From: an uncultured Ignavibacteriales bacterium
GTDB lineage: Bacteria > Bacteroidota > Ignavibacteria > Tepidaquicellales > OLB5
Assembly (NCBI GenBank): GCA_964461265.1
Contig: CAYWTS010000002.1
Location: 141,030-205,029, forward strand
DNA: 64,000 nt
Reading direction: 5' to 3'
Shown here: positions 8,112-17,996 of the stretch, one piece after another
How positions within the stretch are numbered: position 1 is the first letter of the stretch
Layout: every line of letters starts with the position of its first letter
The notes under the pieces: model-generated
What the model saw: the letters and a program-made list of their open reading frames with translations, nothing else
The model's database searches: none
Told to the model about the DNA's origin: nothing
Made by a program: the position numbers and the translations under genes

Positions 8112-8678
8112 ATGACAACAGCTAATATTACATTAGCGGTATTTAGCTTTGTTAACCTGTTTATTAGTGTTGATTCAGGGAAGAAAGACACTTTGCTTTC
8201 GGTCGAACCGGGGCTGATGATATGGACGGTGATTATTTTCCTGATACTGCTTTTTCTCCTGAAGAAATATGCATGGAAACCGCTTCTAAACTCGCTGAAT
8301 AACCGCGAACAGGGCATCAAGGATACAATCGACAGGGCAGAGAAGTTAAGAGAAGAAGCTGAAAAGATTCTGGAGGAAAATAAAAAGCGTCTTGAGGCAG
8401 CCGATGACCAATCACGAAAGATAATTAATGAAAGCAAAGAGCTTGCAGAAAAGCTGAAATCGGAACTGATAGCAAAAACCGGTGAAGAAACAAACCGGAT
8501 GATTCAGCAGGCAAAATCGGAAATAGACAGGGAAAAACAAGCAGCTATCGATAAGCTAAAGGATGAAGTAGGCTCACTGGCTGTTCAGGCAGCCTCAAAA
8601 ATTATTGATGAAAACCTTGACGAAAAAAAACAGAAAAAGATTCTAGAAAGCTTTATTAACCAGATACCAAAGAACTGA
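8112..8678 (+). CDS. atpF: F0F1 ATP synthase subunit b
   Basis: One N-terminal TM helix followed by a long charged coiled coil (EKLREEAEKILEENKKRLE...). ATG at 8112 is preferred over the TTG at 8064 given in the ORF track. Confidence 0.85.
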   Translation: MTTANITLAVFSFVNLFISVDSGKKDTLLSVEPGLMIWTVIIFLILLFLLKKYAWKPLLNSLNNREQGIKDTIDRAEKLREEAEKILEENKKRLEAADDQSRKIINESKELAEKLKSELIAKTGEETNRMIQQAKSEIDREKQAAIDKLKDEVGSLAVQAASKIIDENLDEKKQKKILESFINQIPKN

Positions 8679-8688
8679 TAACCGGGAA

Positions 8689-9243
8689 ATGATAAGCAAA
8701 AAAATAGCACGCAGGTATACTTTAGCAGTTTATGAAATTGCTTTGCAAGATAAAATTATCGACAAGATACTGCAGGATTTTATGCTGATTAGAAATACAG
8801 CAAAATCTTCCCGGGAATTTATGCTTATGCTCCGCTCCCCGGTTATCAATTCCAAAAAAAAGCTGGCAGTTTTGGAAGCTCTCTTCGGTAAGGCAGTTAA
8901 CACTTTAACAATGAAACTGATAGCAATACTTTGCGAGAAAAACAGGGAATCTTCCCTGTATGATATCTCTGTTGATTTTGAAACACTTGTTAACGAAAAG
9001 AAGGGGCTTGCTAAAGCTAAAGTTACAACTGCCATAGAGTTAACGGATAAAGAAAAAAATAACATTATTTCAAGGCTAAAGCAGTACACGGGTAAAGAAC
9101 TTATTCCCAATTTCACTGTAGATAAGAATATCAAAGGCGGTTTTATTGCACAGGTAAGTGATACTATTATTGACGCCAGCATAAAAAGACAGCTTGAGCT
9201 TTTAAGAGAAGAGTTTGGGAAAGGAAGCACCGTTTTAAATTGA
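8689..9243 (+). CDS. atpH: F0F1 ATP synthase subunit delta (OSCP)
   Basis: 184 aa. C-terminal GGFIAQVSDTIIDASIKRQLELL is typical of OSCP. Position between atpF and atpA. Confidence 0.88.
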   Translation: MISKKIARRYTLAVYEIALQDKIIDKILQDFMLIRNTAKSSREFMLMLRSPVINSKKKLAVLEALFGKAVNTLTMKLIAILCEKNRESSLYDISVDFETLVNEKKGLAKAKVTTAIELTDKEKNNIISRLKQYTGKELIPNFTVDKNIKGGFIAQVSDTIIDASIKRQLELLREEFGKGSTVLN

Positions 9244-9415
9244 TAACATAAATAAATTTGATTGACATTATCCTAACCAAGCAAAAAAATGAAAGACCTG
9301 CAGCATTAGTTATGATTTCAGAATTATTAAAGTTTCATGACGAAACCTGCAGCTAAGATAAATTTCAATGCATCATATAAAATTTTATAAAAATATTAAA
9401 CATAAAGGATTTTAA

Positions 9416-10942
9416 ATGCCTGAAGTAAAACCGGATGAAGTATCTGCGATACTAAGAAAACAGTTAGCAGGATTTGAAAAAGAAGTCGATATCTACGATG
9501 TAGGAACCGTAGTAAAAGTGGGTGATGGCGTTGCACATGTTTATGGACTCTCAAAATGCATGTCAAGCGAGCTTATCGAGTTCCCTAACGGAGTGTTCGG
9601 TATGGCTCTTAACCTTGAGGAAGATAACGTCGGCTGTATCCTGTTCGGTGAAAGCGAGCTTGTCAAAGAAGGCGATGAAGTAAGAAGAACAGGAAGAGTT
9701 GCTTCGATGCCCGTTGGCGAAGAAATGATAGGACGAGTAATTAATCCGCTTGGCCAGCCTATCGACGGAAAAGGACCTATTAACTGCAGCAAGTTTTCAC
9801 CGATAGAAAGAAAGGCACTCGGTGTTATTCAACGACAGCCTGTAAAAGAACCTTTGCAAACAGGCATAATAGCTATTGACTCTATGATACCTATTGGCAG
9901 GGGGCAAAGAGAGTTGATTATTGGCGACAGACAGACGGGCAAAACGGCAATTGCAGTCGACACAATAATAAACCAGAAAGGCAAGGATGTTTTCTGTATA
10001 TATGTAGCAATAGGACAGAAAAATTCTACTGTTGCACAAGTAGTCTCAAAGCTCGAAGAATCGGGCGCAATGGAATATACAACAGTAATATCAGCCACTG
10101 CATCTGACCCGGCACCGCTTCAATTTATTGCCCCTTACTCAGGTGCAACACTTGGTGAATATTTCCGTGATTCAAAACGTCATTCTCTGTGTATATACGA
10201 TGACCTCTCAAAACAGGCAGTGTCATACCGTGAGCTTTCACTGCTTCTGCGCAGACCCCCGGGACGCGAAGCTTACCCTGGTGATATATTTTACCTTCAT
10301 TCAAGACTGCTTGAACGTGCAGCTAAACTAAGCGATGAACTTGGCGGAGGCAGCTTAACCGCACTTCCAGTTATCGAAACACAAGCAGGTGATATATCTG
10401 CTTATATACCAACTAACGTAATATCAATTACAGACGGACAGATATATCTTGAGCCAAACCTTTTCAATGCGGGTGTAAGACCGGCTATCAATGTAGGTAT
10501 ATCGGTATCACGTGTTGGAGGCTCAGCACAGATTAAAGCAATGAAAAAAGTTGCCGGCTCGTTAAGACTTGACCTTGCTCAGTACAGGGAACTTGAAGCG
10601 TTTACAAAATTCGGCTCCGATCTCGATAAAGCTACTCTTCAGCAGTTAAGACGCGGTTCGAGGCTCGTTGAGATCCTCAAACAGGGGCAATTTGTCCCCT
10701 ATCCTGTTGAAGAACAGGTTGTGCTCATACTTGCAGGTAACTATGGATATCTTGATGAAATACCACTGGAAGAAATACAGAGATTCATGAAAGAGTTCAT
10801 CGAAACTATGCAGCTTAAACATCAGGATGTAATGAACGAAATTGCACAGAAGAAGGAGCTGACAGAAAACATTATTAATAAGCTAAAGGAAATACTCGAT
10901 ACCTTTACCGGCAATTTTAAAGTTTCAATCAAAGCAGCATAA
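9416..10942 (+). CDS. atpA: F0F1 ATP synthase subunit alpha
   Basis: 508 aa. Walker [10 protein letters not shown]; strongly alpha-like throughout. Confidence 0.97.
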   Translation: MPEVKPDEVSAILRKQLAGFEKEVDIYDVGTVVKVGDGVAHVYGLSKCMSSELIEFPNGVFGMALNLEEDNVGCILFGESELVKEGDEVRRTGRVASMPVGEEMIGRVINPLGQPIDGKGPINCSKFSPIERKALGVIQRQPVKEPLQTGIIAIDSMIPIGRGQRELIIGDRQTGKTAIAVDTIINQKGKDVFCIYVAIGQKNSTVAQVVSKLEESGAMEYTTVISATASDPAPLQFIAPYSGATLGEYFRDSKRHSLCIYDDLSKQAVSYRELSLLLRRPPGREAYPGDIFYLHSRLLERAAKLSDELGGGSLTALPVIETQAGDISAYIPTNVISITDGQIYLEPNLFNAGVRPAINVGISVSRVGGSAQIKAMKKVAGSLRLDLAQYRELEAFTKFGSDLDKATLQQLRRGSRLVEILKQGQFVPYPVEEQVVLILAGNYGYLDEIPLEEIQRFMKEFIETMQLKHQDVMNEIAQKKELTENIINKLKEILDTFTGNFKVSIKAA

Positions 10943-10948
10943 ATTATT

Positions 10949-11230
10949 ATGACTACAAAACCTCCTGCAAAAGTAAAACCCGAAGAACCCGACGCACCGG
11001 TTTCAAAAATATATGCAATGGTAGAGGAATTAAAAGATTCGATACCGGTTCTAAACGAGAGGTACCGGCTGGGTTTCTGCCTTCACCGTTTCTACATCGG
11101 TGAAGCCGGCACTATTAAAGAGGCAGTCTACTCGGCAAAACCAGATTCGAGCACAATAGAACTTGATGAACTGGCAAGTATATTTTCAAAAAAATTTGAA
11201 GAGCTAAAATTAATTCCCCAAGACAGGTAA
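10949..11230 (+). CDS. hypothetical 93-aa protein inserted between atpA and atpG
   Basis: ATG ORF starting 6 nt after the atpA stop and ending 1 nt before the atpG start. No family recognised. No TM segment. Confidence 0.55.
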   Translation: MTTKPPAKVKPEEPDAPVSKIYAMVEELKDSIPVLNERYRLGFCLHRFYIGEAGTIKEAVYSAKPDSSTIELDELASIFSKKFEELKLIPQDR

Positions 11231-11231
11231 T

Positions 11232-12125
11232 TTGGCTACACTACGCGAAATAAAGGGAAGGATAAACAGCATAAAGAGCACAGAGAAAATTACGCGTGCT
11301 ATGAAAATGGTTGCAGCTGTAAAGTTCCGAAAGGCACAGGAAAGCATTCTGGCGGCAAGACCTTATGCAAGAAAAATCAATGAAATACTTACCATACTGA
11401 TTCCTGCACTGCCTGAACTGGAAAATGACCTGCTTCAGGCACGTGAAGTAAAAAAACTGTGCGTCGTAGTTGTTACATCAGACAGAGGTTTATGCGGTTC
11501 TTTTAACACTAACCTTATTAAAGCTGCGGAACAACTTATTAAAGTCAAGTATGCTGATTTTTACAATTCACACAACCTGACATTGATTACAATCGGCAGG
11601 AAAGGATATACACACTTTTCTAAACGTCAATATGATATCTATGCACGGTACATCGGTGTATTCGACAAGCTTGAATTTACCCGTGCAAGGGAAATAGTAA
11701 ATGATATGCTCGCGGGCTACCGTGAGGAAAAGTTTGATAAGATAATCTTTGTTTATAATGAGTTCAAATCAGCTATACAATGCAGGCTTGTTGAAGAGCA
11801 GTTCCTTCCTATATTAAGTCTTGAAGAAGAGACAGAACAAAAACATAAAAAAATTGTCTCCGAATTTATTTTTGAACCCGATGCAAAAGCAATTGTCGAT
11901 TACTTATTGCCTAAACATCTTAATACACAGATGTGGCGGATATTGCTGGAATCGAATGCCTCGGAGCAGTCGCAGCGTATGACAGCAATGGAATCAGCAA
12001 CCAAAAATGCTAACGACCTTATCCGTGAACTGCAGTTACACTATAACAAAGCACGCCAGGCAGCTATTACTAAGGAAATTCTCGAAGTCTCGGGCGGTGC
12101 TGAAGCATTAAGAGAACGAGGTTAA
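11232..12125 (+). CDS. atpG: F0F1 ATP synthase subunit gamma
   Basis: 297 aa with a TTG start. N-terminal ATLREIKGRINSIKSTEKITRAMKMVAA and C-terminal RQAAITKEILEVSGGAEAL are gamma hallmarks. Confidence 0.95.
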   Translation: MATLREIKGRINSIKSTEKITRAMKMVAAVKFRKAQESILAARPYARKINEILTILIPALPELENDLLQAREVKKLCVVVVTSDRGLCGSFNTNLIKAAEQLIKVKYADFYNSHNLTLITIGRKGYTHFSKRQYDIYARYIGVFDKLEFTRAREIVNDMLAGYREEKFDKIIFVYNEFKSAIQCRLVEEQFLPILSLEEETEQKHKKIVSEFIFEPDAKAIVDYLLPKHLNTQMWRILLESNASEQSQRMTAMESATKNANDLIRELQLHYNKARQAAITKEILEVSGGAEALRERG

Positions 12126-12215
12126 AATCTTCTCATTATTCTGAATTTTATAACATTCAACAACTTGTCCGCCTGCTGACGGATTCACCATTCACCATCT
12201 ACTAACGATTATTAC

Positions 12216-12243
12216 ACATTGAACATTGAACATTGAACATTGA
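12216..12243 (+). repeat. perfect tandem heptamer (ACATTGA)x4
   Basis: Read directly from the sequence. Contains the in-frame TGA (12227) and the only usable TTG start (12233) of the DUF814 ORF. Confidence 0.9.
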
Positions 12244-12619
12244 CTCAAATAAGCTTTTCAGAATTTTCAGGATTGACTACGATTTTGAAGTTTGGGTTGG
12301 TAAAGACGACCGTTCAAACGACTTACTGACATTCAAATACTCCAAACAAAACGATTTATGGTTTCATGTGAGAGGTTCAAGCGGTTCGCATGTACTGCTT
12401 AAATCGGTTTCGGGAGAAAACATACCAGCTAAAAAACACATCAAAGCCGCAGCAGAAATTACAGCATATTACAGCAAATCAAGAAATGCTAAAAATGTAA
12501 AAGTATCTTACACCTTAGTTAAAAATGTTAGTAAATATAAAGGTGCTGATACAGGCAGTGTTGTAATAAAGGGTGAAAAACTGATTAAGGTAAACCCGAA
12601 AAAACCAATTACTGAATAA
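12233..12619 (+). CDS. stand-alone NFACT-R/DUF814 domain protein
   Basis: 128 aa. VWVGKDDRSNDLLTFKYSKQNDLWFHVRGSSGSHVLLK matches the DUF814 core. TTG start. Confidence 0.7.
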   Translation: MNIDSNKLFRIFRIDYDFEVWVGKDDRSNDLLTFKYSKQNDLWFHVRGSSGSHVLLKSVSGENIPAKKHIKAAAEITAYYSKSRNAKNVKVSYTLVKNVSKYKGADTGSVVIKGEKLIKVNPKKPITE

Positions 12620-12726
12620 TAAGTAATGAAAAAATAATTTTTATTAATTACCTGCTAAGGTTGGAGGTGTTAAATTATATAGGAATAATTCGTGCTAATT
12701 CGTGTAATTCGCAGCAGGTACTAAAA

Positions 12727-13488
12727 TTAAAAATCATTAATCAAATTCTGTATCTTCATCTCTACTTCGCTTATCTTTCGTTCTATAGCTTCGGTACGTT
12801 CAGGTTTGGTTTTTAAGAGATGGGCATATGCCTCTATGGCATCGAAGTAATTCCCCTGCCTGGCAAAAATATCAGCAAGTGTTTCGGTAATTATTTTAAC
12901 TTCATACTTGTTTTTAAGACGTTTTTTTTCAAATTTGGGGAGGGTTTCTTCACGCTTGAAGACCAGGGAAGATTCAAACACTTTTTTAAACTCTGCAAAT
13001 TCATTGGAACCTTCAAAGTCGTAGTTTTTATACAATTCACCTGTTAAATCTTCGGATTCGTAAGTAGGGAATAAATTATAATTATAATCCCTGTCATCAA
13101 ATGGCTGGGCTTTAAAATCGAGTTTCGGAATTAAATCATCACCTGATTTGCGTGATACCTCGTTTTTAACAAGGTCATTTGCTATGGCAAGATATTTTTG
13201 TGCAATGCCAAGCTCAGGGTAATCGGTTAGTATCTCTTCGAAAATCGATTTGGCATCATAGAAATAACGGTTTGCGAGGTAACATTTTCCTAAAAGCAGC
13301 TTTGCTGTAGTATAATCCGGATAAAAATATAAGCCAAGATTCAATACATTAATTGCTTCGTTCACGTTACCGTCGATAATATAATAATTTGCTAGCTTAA
13401 CAAATTCAGGTGAAAGCGGATTACTCCGTATTTTTTCTTCAAATTTTTTAACCAGATATTTTATTACATCGCTGTCAAGATTGTTCAT
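12727..13488 (-). CDS. TPR-repeat protein
   Basis: 253 aa with TPR-like helices at both ends (AINVLNLGLYFYPDY..., QGNYFDAIEAYAHLLKTKPE). 4-nt overlap with the upstream GT2 gene. Confidence 0.7.
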   Translation of the reverse strand: MNNLDSDVIKYLVKKFEEKIRSNPLSPEFVKLANYYIIDGNVNEAINVLNLGLYFYPDYTTAKLLLGKCYLANRYFYDAKSIFEEILTDYPELGIAQKYLAIANDLVKNEVSRKSGDDLIPKLDFKAQPFDDRDYNYNLFPTYESEDLTGELYKNYDFEGSNEFAEFKKVFESSLVFKREETLPKFEKKRLKNKYEVKIITETLADIFARQGNYFDAIEAYAHLLKTKPERTEAIERKISEVEMKIQNLINDF

Positions 13489-14960
13489 GAAGCTGTTTCC
13501 CGTGCTGTTTTATTGGATACTACCACATGTTTAATAGAAAGATACGCTACCAGGCCAAATCCGAATGTAAACATAAGCTGGAAAGGTACAGCCGATATCT
13601 GGAGTGTTACTAATGATACTACTACGCTTCCGAAGCTGTATAAGGCAAGTATCACTTCCAGTATAACTAAAAACGACAATTTTTTATGAACATACTTTTT
13701 ATTTTTCCATGTGTCTTTGTTGTCTTCTATTTTGTACTTTGGTGTTCTGACAAATTCGGATTTTTTATTCACCAGTCCTTCAATAACAGCTTTGGTATTA
13801 TTAATGGCAAAACCCATAGTGCCTGCCATAAAAACGGGAAAAAGCAGAATCCTGTCGCGCCAGTCGTGATACACATCCTTCTGCGAATAAAGATAGAAGA
13901 TAAACGATGCTATAAAGGCAAGAACAAAAACCGACATAAAGGCAAAATATGTATCATATTTCCCGGTATTCTTAATCAGAACCACAGGCATATTAAGAAG
14001 GCAAGCCATCAGAATAAAAGGAAACACGATGTTATTTGTAAGATGAAAAGTAGAAATTATTTTCAGCTTCAGCGGGAAACCCGATTTCCATACTCTCGGC
14101 AGTATTTTCTTTGCTGTTTCAATAGCACCCTTGGTCCAGCGGAACTGCTGCGATTTTACCGAGATAATTTCAGACGGTACCTCGGCAGGAGTTGTAAAAT
14201 CGGTCAGGTAACGGAACTTCCAGCCTTTAAGCTGTGCGCGGTACGAAAGGTCAAGGTCTTCGGTCAAGGTATCAGCTTCCCAGTTGCCTGCATCGAATAT
14301 ACATTCCTTACGCCATACACCGCTTGTACCGTTAAAATTAATGAAAAAATCTGCTTTGTTTCTGACCTGTTGTTCTATAACAAAGTGCCCGTCCAGTGCC
14401 AGTGCCTGTATCTGGGTTATTAAAGAATAACTTCGGTTTAAATGCTCCCAGCGTGTCTGCACCATTCCAATCTTAGGGTCTTTAAAGAATGGTAATACAG
14501 TTTTCAGAAAATTTGGTCTTGGAATAAAATCTGCATCAAATATTCCGATATATTCACCTTTTGCTGTTTTTAATCCTTCCTTCAAAGCACCTGCCTTGTA
14601 TCCCGTCCTGTTTTTACGGTGAATATGCTTGATATCGAATCCTCTCAAATGGTATTCCTCTACAATATTGGCAACAATTTCAACAGTCTCATCGGTTGAA
14701 TCGTCAAGAACCTGAATTTCAAGCTTATCGATCGGATAGTCAATTTCGCAGGTCGACTTAACCAGTCTTTCAATAACATACATCTCGTTGTAAATAGGAA
14801 GCTGCAGGGTCACCATTGGAAATTCTTCTAAATTATTGCTCAGGTCATCCCTGCGGTGTCGGTGCTTCAGGTAATAATAAATCATAATAAAACCATGAGA
14901 CCCGAAAGTAAAAAGAATAAGCAGTGATGCTATATAAGAAAATAATATTATCTTTTCCAA
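13485..14960 (-). CDS. family-2 glycosyltransferase, cellulose-synthase-like (processive type)
   Basis: 491 aa. Motifs DDSTD, FDADF, TEDLDLS and QQFRW (D,D,D,QxxRW), with N- and C-terminal TM helices. Confidence 0.85.
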   Translation of the reverse strand: MEKIILFSYIASLLILFTFGSHGFIMIYYYLKHRHRRDDLSNNLEEFPMVTLQLPIYNEMYVIERLVKSTCEIDYPIDKLEIQVLDDSTDETVEIVANIVEEYHLRGFDIKHIHRKNRTGYKAGALKEGLKTAKGEYIGIFDADFIPRPNFLKTVLPFFKDPKIGMVQTRWEHLNRSYSLITQIQALALDGHFVIEQQVRNKADFFINFNGTSGVWRKECIFDAGNWEADTLTEDLDLSYRAQLKGWKFRYLTDFTTPAEVPSEIISVKSQQFRWTKGAIETAKKILPRVWKSGFPLKLKIISTFHLTNNIVFPFILMACLLNMPVVLIKNTGKYDTYFAFMSVFVLAFIASFIFYLYSQKDVYHDWRDRILLFPVFMAGTMGFAINNTKAVIEGLVNKKSEFVRTPKYKIEDNKDTWKNKKYVHKKLSFLVILEVILALYSFGSVVVSLVTLQISAVPFQLMFTFGFGLVAYLSIKHVVVSNKTARETAS

Positions 14961-14981
14961 TTAATAACCTGTATATTAACT

Positions 14982-15488
14982 TTACCAGTTCGAAATCACT
15001 TCAAGTAAAATATCATCGGTTATGCGGTCCATAGCCAGTTTAAGTCCTTCATCGCGTTTTGAAAATCCGCCTGATGAACTGTCATATTCACCGTAGTTCG
15101 AAAATTCTTTTTTCCAAATAAGCTTTTGCTTTTTAAGATTCTGAAATTCTACCGAAACATATATTGTTAATTTGCGTTTTGATACCTGTTCACCGCCTGA
15201 TACAACAAGCACTTCATCTTTCATCGATTTAATTACACAGGCAATCATTCCGTCAGCATTCACTTTCTCTGCATATTCAAGCGTGTTATCATTAATAAAT
15301 TTTTGCTTAAGAATAACTGTCATATCCTCACCTGCCTGTGCAATCCCGAAATTGCTTTCATCTGTTATGCCGGGTATAAAAATGGTTTTAATCCCTTCGG
15401 GCGGAGATGCCCCTTTAAAGCTGTAATTACAAGAAATAAAATTAAGCAGCAGGGGAATGATGAACAATATCGGTGAATTTATTCTCAT
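14982..15488 (-). CDS. LptE-like lipoprotein
   Basis: 168 aa with signal peptide and lipobox (LLNFISC). Assigned from size and its conserved position downstream of miaB and the sigma-54 activator; the assignment rests on context. Confidence 0.45.
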   Translation of the reverse strand: MRINSPILFIIPLLLNFISCNYSFKGASPPEGIKTIFIPGITDESNFGIAQAGEDMTVILKQKFINDNTLEYAEKVNADGMIACVIKSMKDEVLVVSGGEQVSKRKLTIYVSVEFQNLKKQKLIWKKEFSNYGEYDSSSGGFSKRDEGLKLAMDRITDDILLEVISNW

Positions 15489-16636
15489 GCGTGCCGCTTC
15501 CTTCCATTCTTCAGTTCATAATTCTTGAATTTTCTGTAAAGTGTTCTTGTGCTTATGTTCAGTTTTTCTGAAATCGTATTAACATTACCGTTATATTTAT
15601 GCCAGTAGTAAGTTAAAATTTCCCTTTCAAGCTCTCCAAAATCGTAATTATCTATTTTATTATCATCAATGAACAATCCTGTAGGCTCATTTCTTGTAAT
15701 AGTAACATTAGAAAGACCAAGTCCTGCCAGCTGCTGTTTAACATCCATAATGTCTGTTTTCAGTTCAAACAATGCTCTCAGAAGCAACTGCTTATCGTCT
15801 TTATCTTTATAAAGTGTTATTGGTGCAGGCAGTGAATTTCCGCCCGGTATGTTCAGGTTACGGACAACATCATTTCTCGTAATAACCTTCTCGGCATTTA
15901 ATGTAATAAGACTCTCTGTAAAATTTTTAAGCTGTCTTATATTACCGGGCCAGCTGTAATTGCTGATATAATTCATAGCTTCATCTTCAATTCCACGGAA
16001 CACAATATTATTTCTCTCGCAAAACCGTCGAACAAAATGATTGAACAAAATCGGTATGTCCTCCGCTCTTTCTCTTAACGGAGGAATATAGATATTAATA
16101 GACCGCAGGCGGTAGTAAAGATCTTCCCTGAAATGAGCGGTGGAAATCTGATGCTCAAGGTTTTTATTTGTAGCAGCAATTATACGAACATTAATTTTCT
16201 CAGTCTTATTCCCGCCGACTTTCATATATTCCCCGTTTTCGATTACACGAAGAAATTTTACCTGCGTCGGCAATGGAAGTTCACCAATCTCATCAAGAAA
16301 AATTGTGCCATTGTTAGCCAGTTCAAAGTAACCTTTACGGGTCTCAACAGCACCTGTGAACGAACCTTTCTGATGGCCGAATAATTCACTTTCAATTATT
16401 CCTTCAGGTATAGCCCCGCAGTTAACCGTTACAAACGGTTTGCCGTTTCGTTTACTTAAACGGTAAATCTCATTTGCAACAACCTCCTTGCCTACGCCGC
16501 TTTCACCTGTTATAAGTATGGTAACATCTGTCGGGGCAACCTGACGGATTATATGGCGTAACTCTACAACAGGTATAGAAACACCCAGAAATTCGGATTC
16601 TATTGAATTATTTTTATCTGTCAACCAACTCACCAA
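15485..16636 (-). CDS. sigma-54-interacting transcriptional activator without a receiver or sensor domain
   Basis: 383 aa. Walker A GESGVGKE; GSFTGA variant of GAFTGA; C-terminal Fis-type HTH (ISTRTLYRKFKNYEL). Only about 30 aa precede the AAA+ core. Confidence 0.85.
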   Translation of the reverse strand: MVSWLTDKNNSIESEFLGVSIPVVELRHIIRQVAPTDVTILITGESGVGKEVVANEIYRLSKRNGKPFVTVNCGAIPEGIIESELFGHQKGSFTGAVETRKGYFELANNGTIFLDEIGELPLPTQVKFLRVIENGEYMKVGGNKTEKINVRIIAATNKNLEHQISTAHFREDLYYRLRSINIYIPPLRERAEDIPILFNHFVRRFCERNNIVFRGIEDEAMNYISNYSWPGNIRQLKNFTESLITLNAEKVITRNDVVRNLNIPGGNSLPAPITLYKDKDDKQLLLRALFELKTDIMDVKQQLAGLGLSNVTITRNEPTGLFIDDNKIDNYDFGELEREILTYYWHKYNGNVNTISEKLNISTRTLYRKFKNYELKNGRKRHA

Positions 16637-17996
16637 ATAAAGTTGCTGAATTTGAATTAACTATCTTTACCATCACCTTTTCGCCAATTGTTGTTCCGTT
16701 CTTCGGTATTATTACCGATTTATTTCCATCGGTTCTGCCCATCAGCATATTATCCGATTTTCTACTCAGCGATTCTACAAGTATTTCGTATTTATTACCT
16801 TCCATATTTTTATTCAATTCTTCGGAAACAGAACGCTGGAGTTCGATTATTTCCATAAGCCGGTGGGTTTTTGTTTCCTCATCTACGCTGTCTTTCATCT
16901 CATATGCTTTTGTATGCTCGCGTGCCGAGTAACGGAACATGAAAGCACCGTCATAACGGATTTCCTTCATAATATCAAGCGTCATACGGTGGTCTGCATC
17001 CGTTTCGGTCGGAAAACCTGCAATAATATCGGTCGAGAAACTTACTTCGGGTATATACCGTCTTGTCATTTGAATTATATCCATATAATGTTCAACTGAA
17101 TAATTTCTTTTCATCAGGTCAAGAATTCTGTTTGAACCGGATTGTAAAGGTAAATGTATATATTTGCAGATGTTTTTATGTGAAGCTATCGTTTGGATAA
17201 GTTTTACAGACAGATCCTGCGGATGGGATGTGGTAAAACGTATTCTCATTTCCGGTGCAGCCACGGCACACCCGGAAAGCAAGTCCGAAAAATCATAACC
17301 GTTAGAACAATATGAATTCACATTCTGCCCGAGCAGTGTAACTTCCCTGAATCCTTCGTTCCATAACTGTTTTACTTCGTTAACAATACTTATAATATTT
17401 CTGCTTCGTTCCCTGCCTCGCGTAAACGGAACAACACAGAAACTGCAGAATTTATCACAACCCCTCATAACCGAAATCCATGCTGTAATACCTTCCTTTC
17501 TTACAGGTGTGATGTCGTCATAAGTTTCTACCCTCGAAAGCCTGACTGCAATGCCTTTTTCACCCGTATCTATAAGGTTATCGATTAATGCAGGAATTTT
17601 ACGGTATTCGTCAGGTCCTACAATTAAATCAACAATGCCGGTTTTATCCATCAGGTCGTGTTTAAGCCTTTCAGCCATGCAGCCAATAACACCTATTATC
17701 CGTGAAGGATTGCTGCGTTTTAAATTCTTTAACTCGTTTAATCTTTGGTATATTCTTGCTTCGGCATGTTCTCGTATGCTGCAGGTGTTGAGAAGTATTA
17801 TATCAGCCTGCTGTATTTTATCCGTTTTAGGAAATCCGTTTTTATTCATGATACCATATACAATTTCGGTATCTGCAGCGTTCATCTGACAGCCGTAGGT
17901 TTCTACATATATTCTTTTATCAACAGAATTCCCCGGTTCATTAACCGGTGAATCCAACGGAATGTAATTTTTCTTATTTGCTTCAGTTGACGGCAT
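16614..17996 (-). CDS. miaB: tRNA-2-methylthio-N6-dimethylallyladenosine synthase
   Basis: 460 aa with UPF0004 N-domain, radical-SAM CDKFCSFC and a C-terminal TRAM domain. Confidence 0.93.
   Translation of the reverse strand: MPSTEANKKNYIPLDSPVNEPGNSVDKRIYVETYGCQMNAADTEIVYGIMNKNGFPKTDKIQQADIILLNTCSIREHAEARIYQRLNELKNLKRSNPSRIIGVIGCMAERLKHDLMDKTGIVDLIVGPDEYRKIPALIDNLIDTGEKGIAVRLSRVETYDDITPVRKEGITAWISVMRGCDKFCSFCVVPFTRGRERSRNIISIVNEVKQLWNEGFREVTLLGQNVNSYCSNGYDFSDLLSGCAVAAPEMRIRFTTSHPQDLSVKLIQTIASHKNICKYIHLPLQSGSNRILDLMKRNYSVEHYMDIIQMTRRYIPEVSFSTDIIAGFPTETDADHRMTLDIMKEIRYDGAFMFRYSAREHTKAYEMKDSVDEETKTHRLMEIIELQRSVSEELNKNMEGNKYEILVESLSRKSDNMLMGRTDGNKSVIIPKNGTTIGEKVMVKIVNSNSATLFGELVDR

Noticed and set aside
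9244-9415. Unusually long (172 nt) atpH-atpA spacer with duplicated ACCTGCAGC motifs and a 7-codon ORF (MKDLQH), considered as a leader peptide or attenuator.
   Set aside because: There is only a 5-bp hairpin and two 9-nt direct repeats, with no terminator/antiterminator alternative. Evidence is insufficient for more than an internal promoter or processing region.
12216-12712. Short tandem repeats (ACATTGA x4; TAATTCGTG x3) considered as a CRISPR-like or minisatellite array.
   Set aside because: The units are 7-10 nt with no spacers and there are no cas genes. They are reported only as simple tandem repeats.
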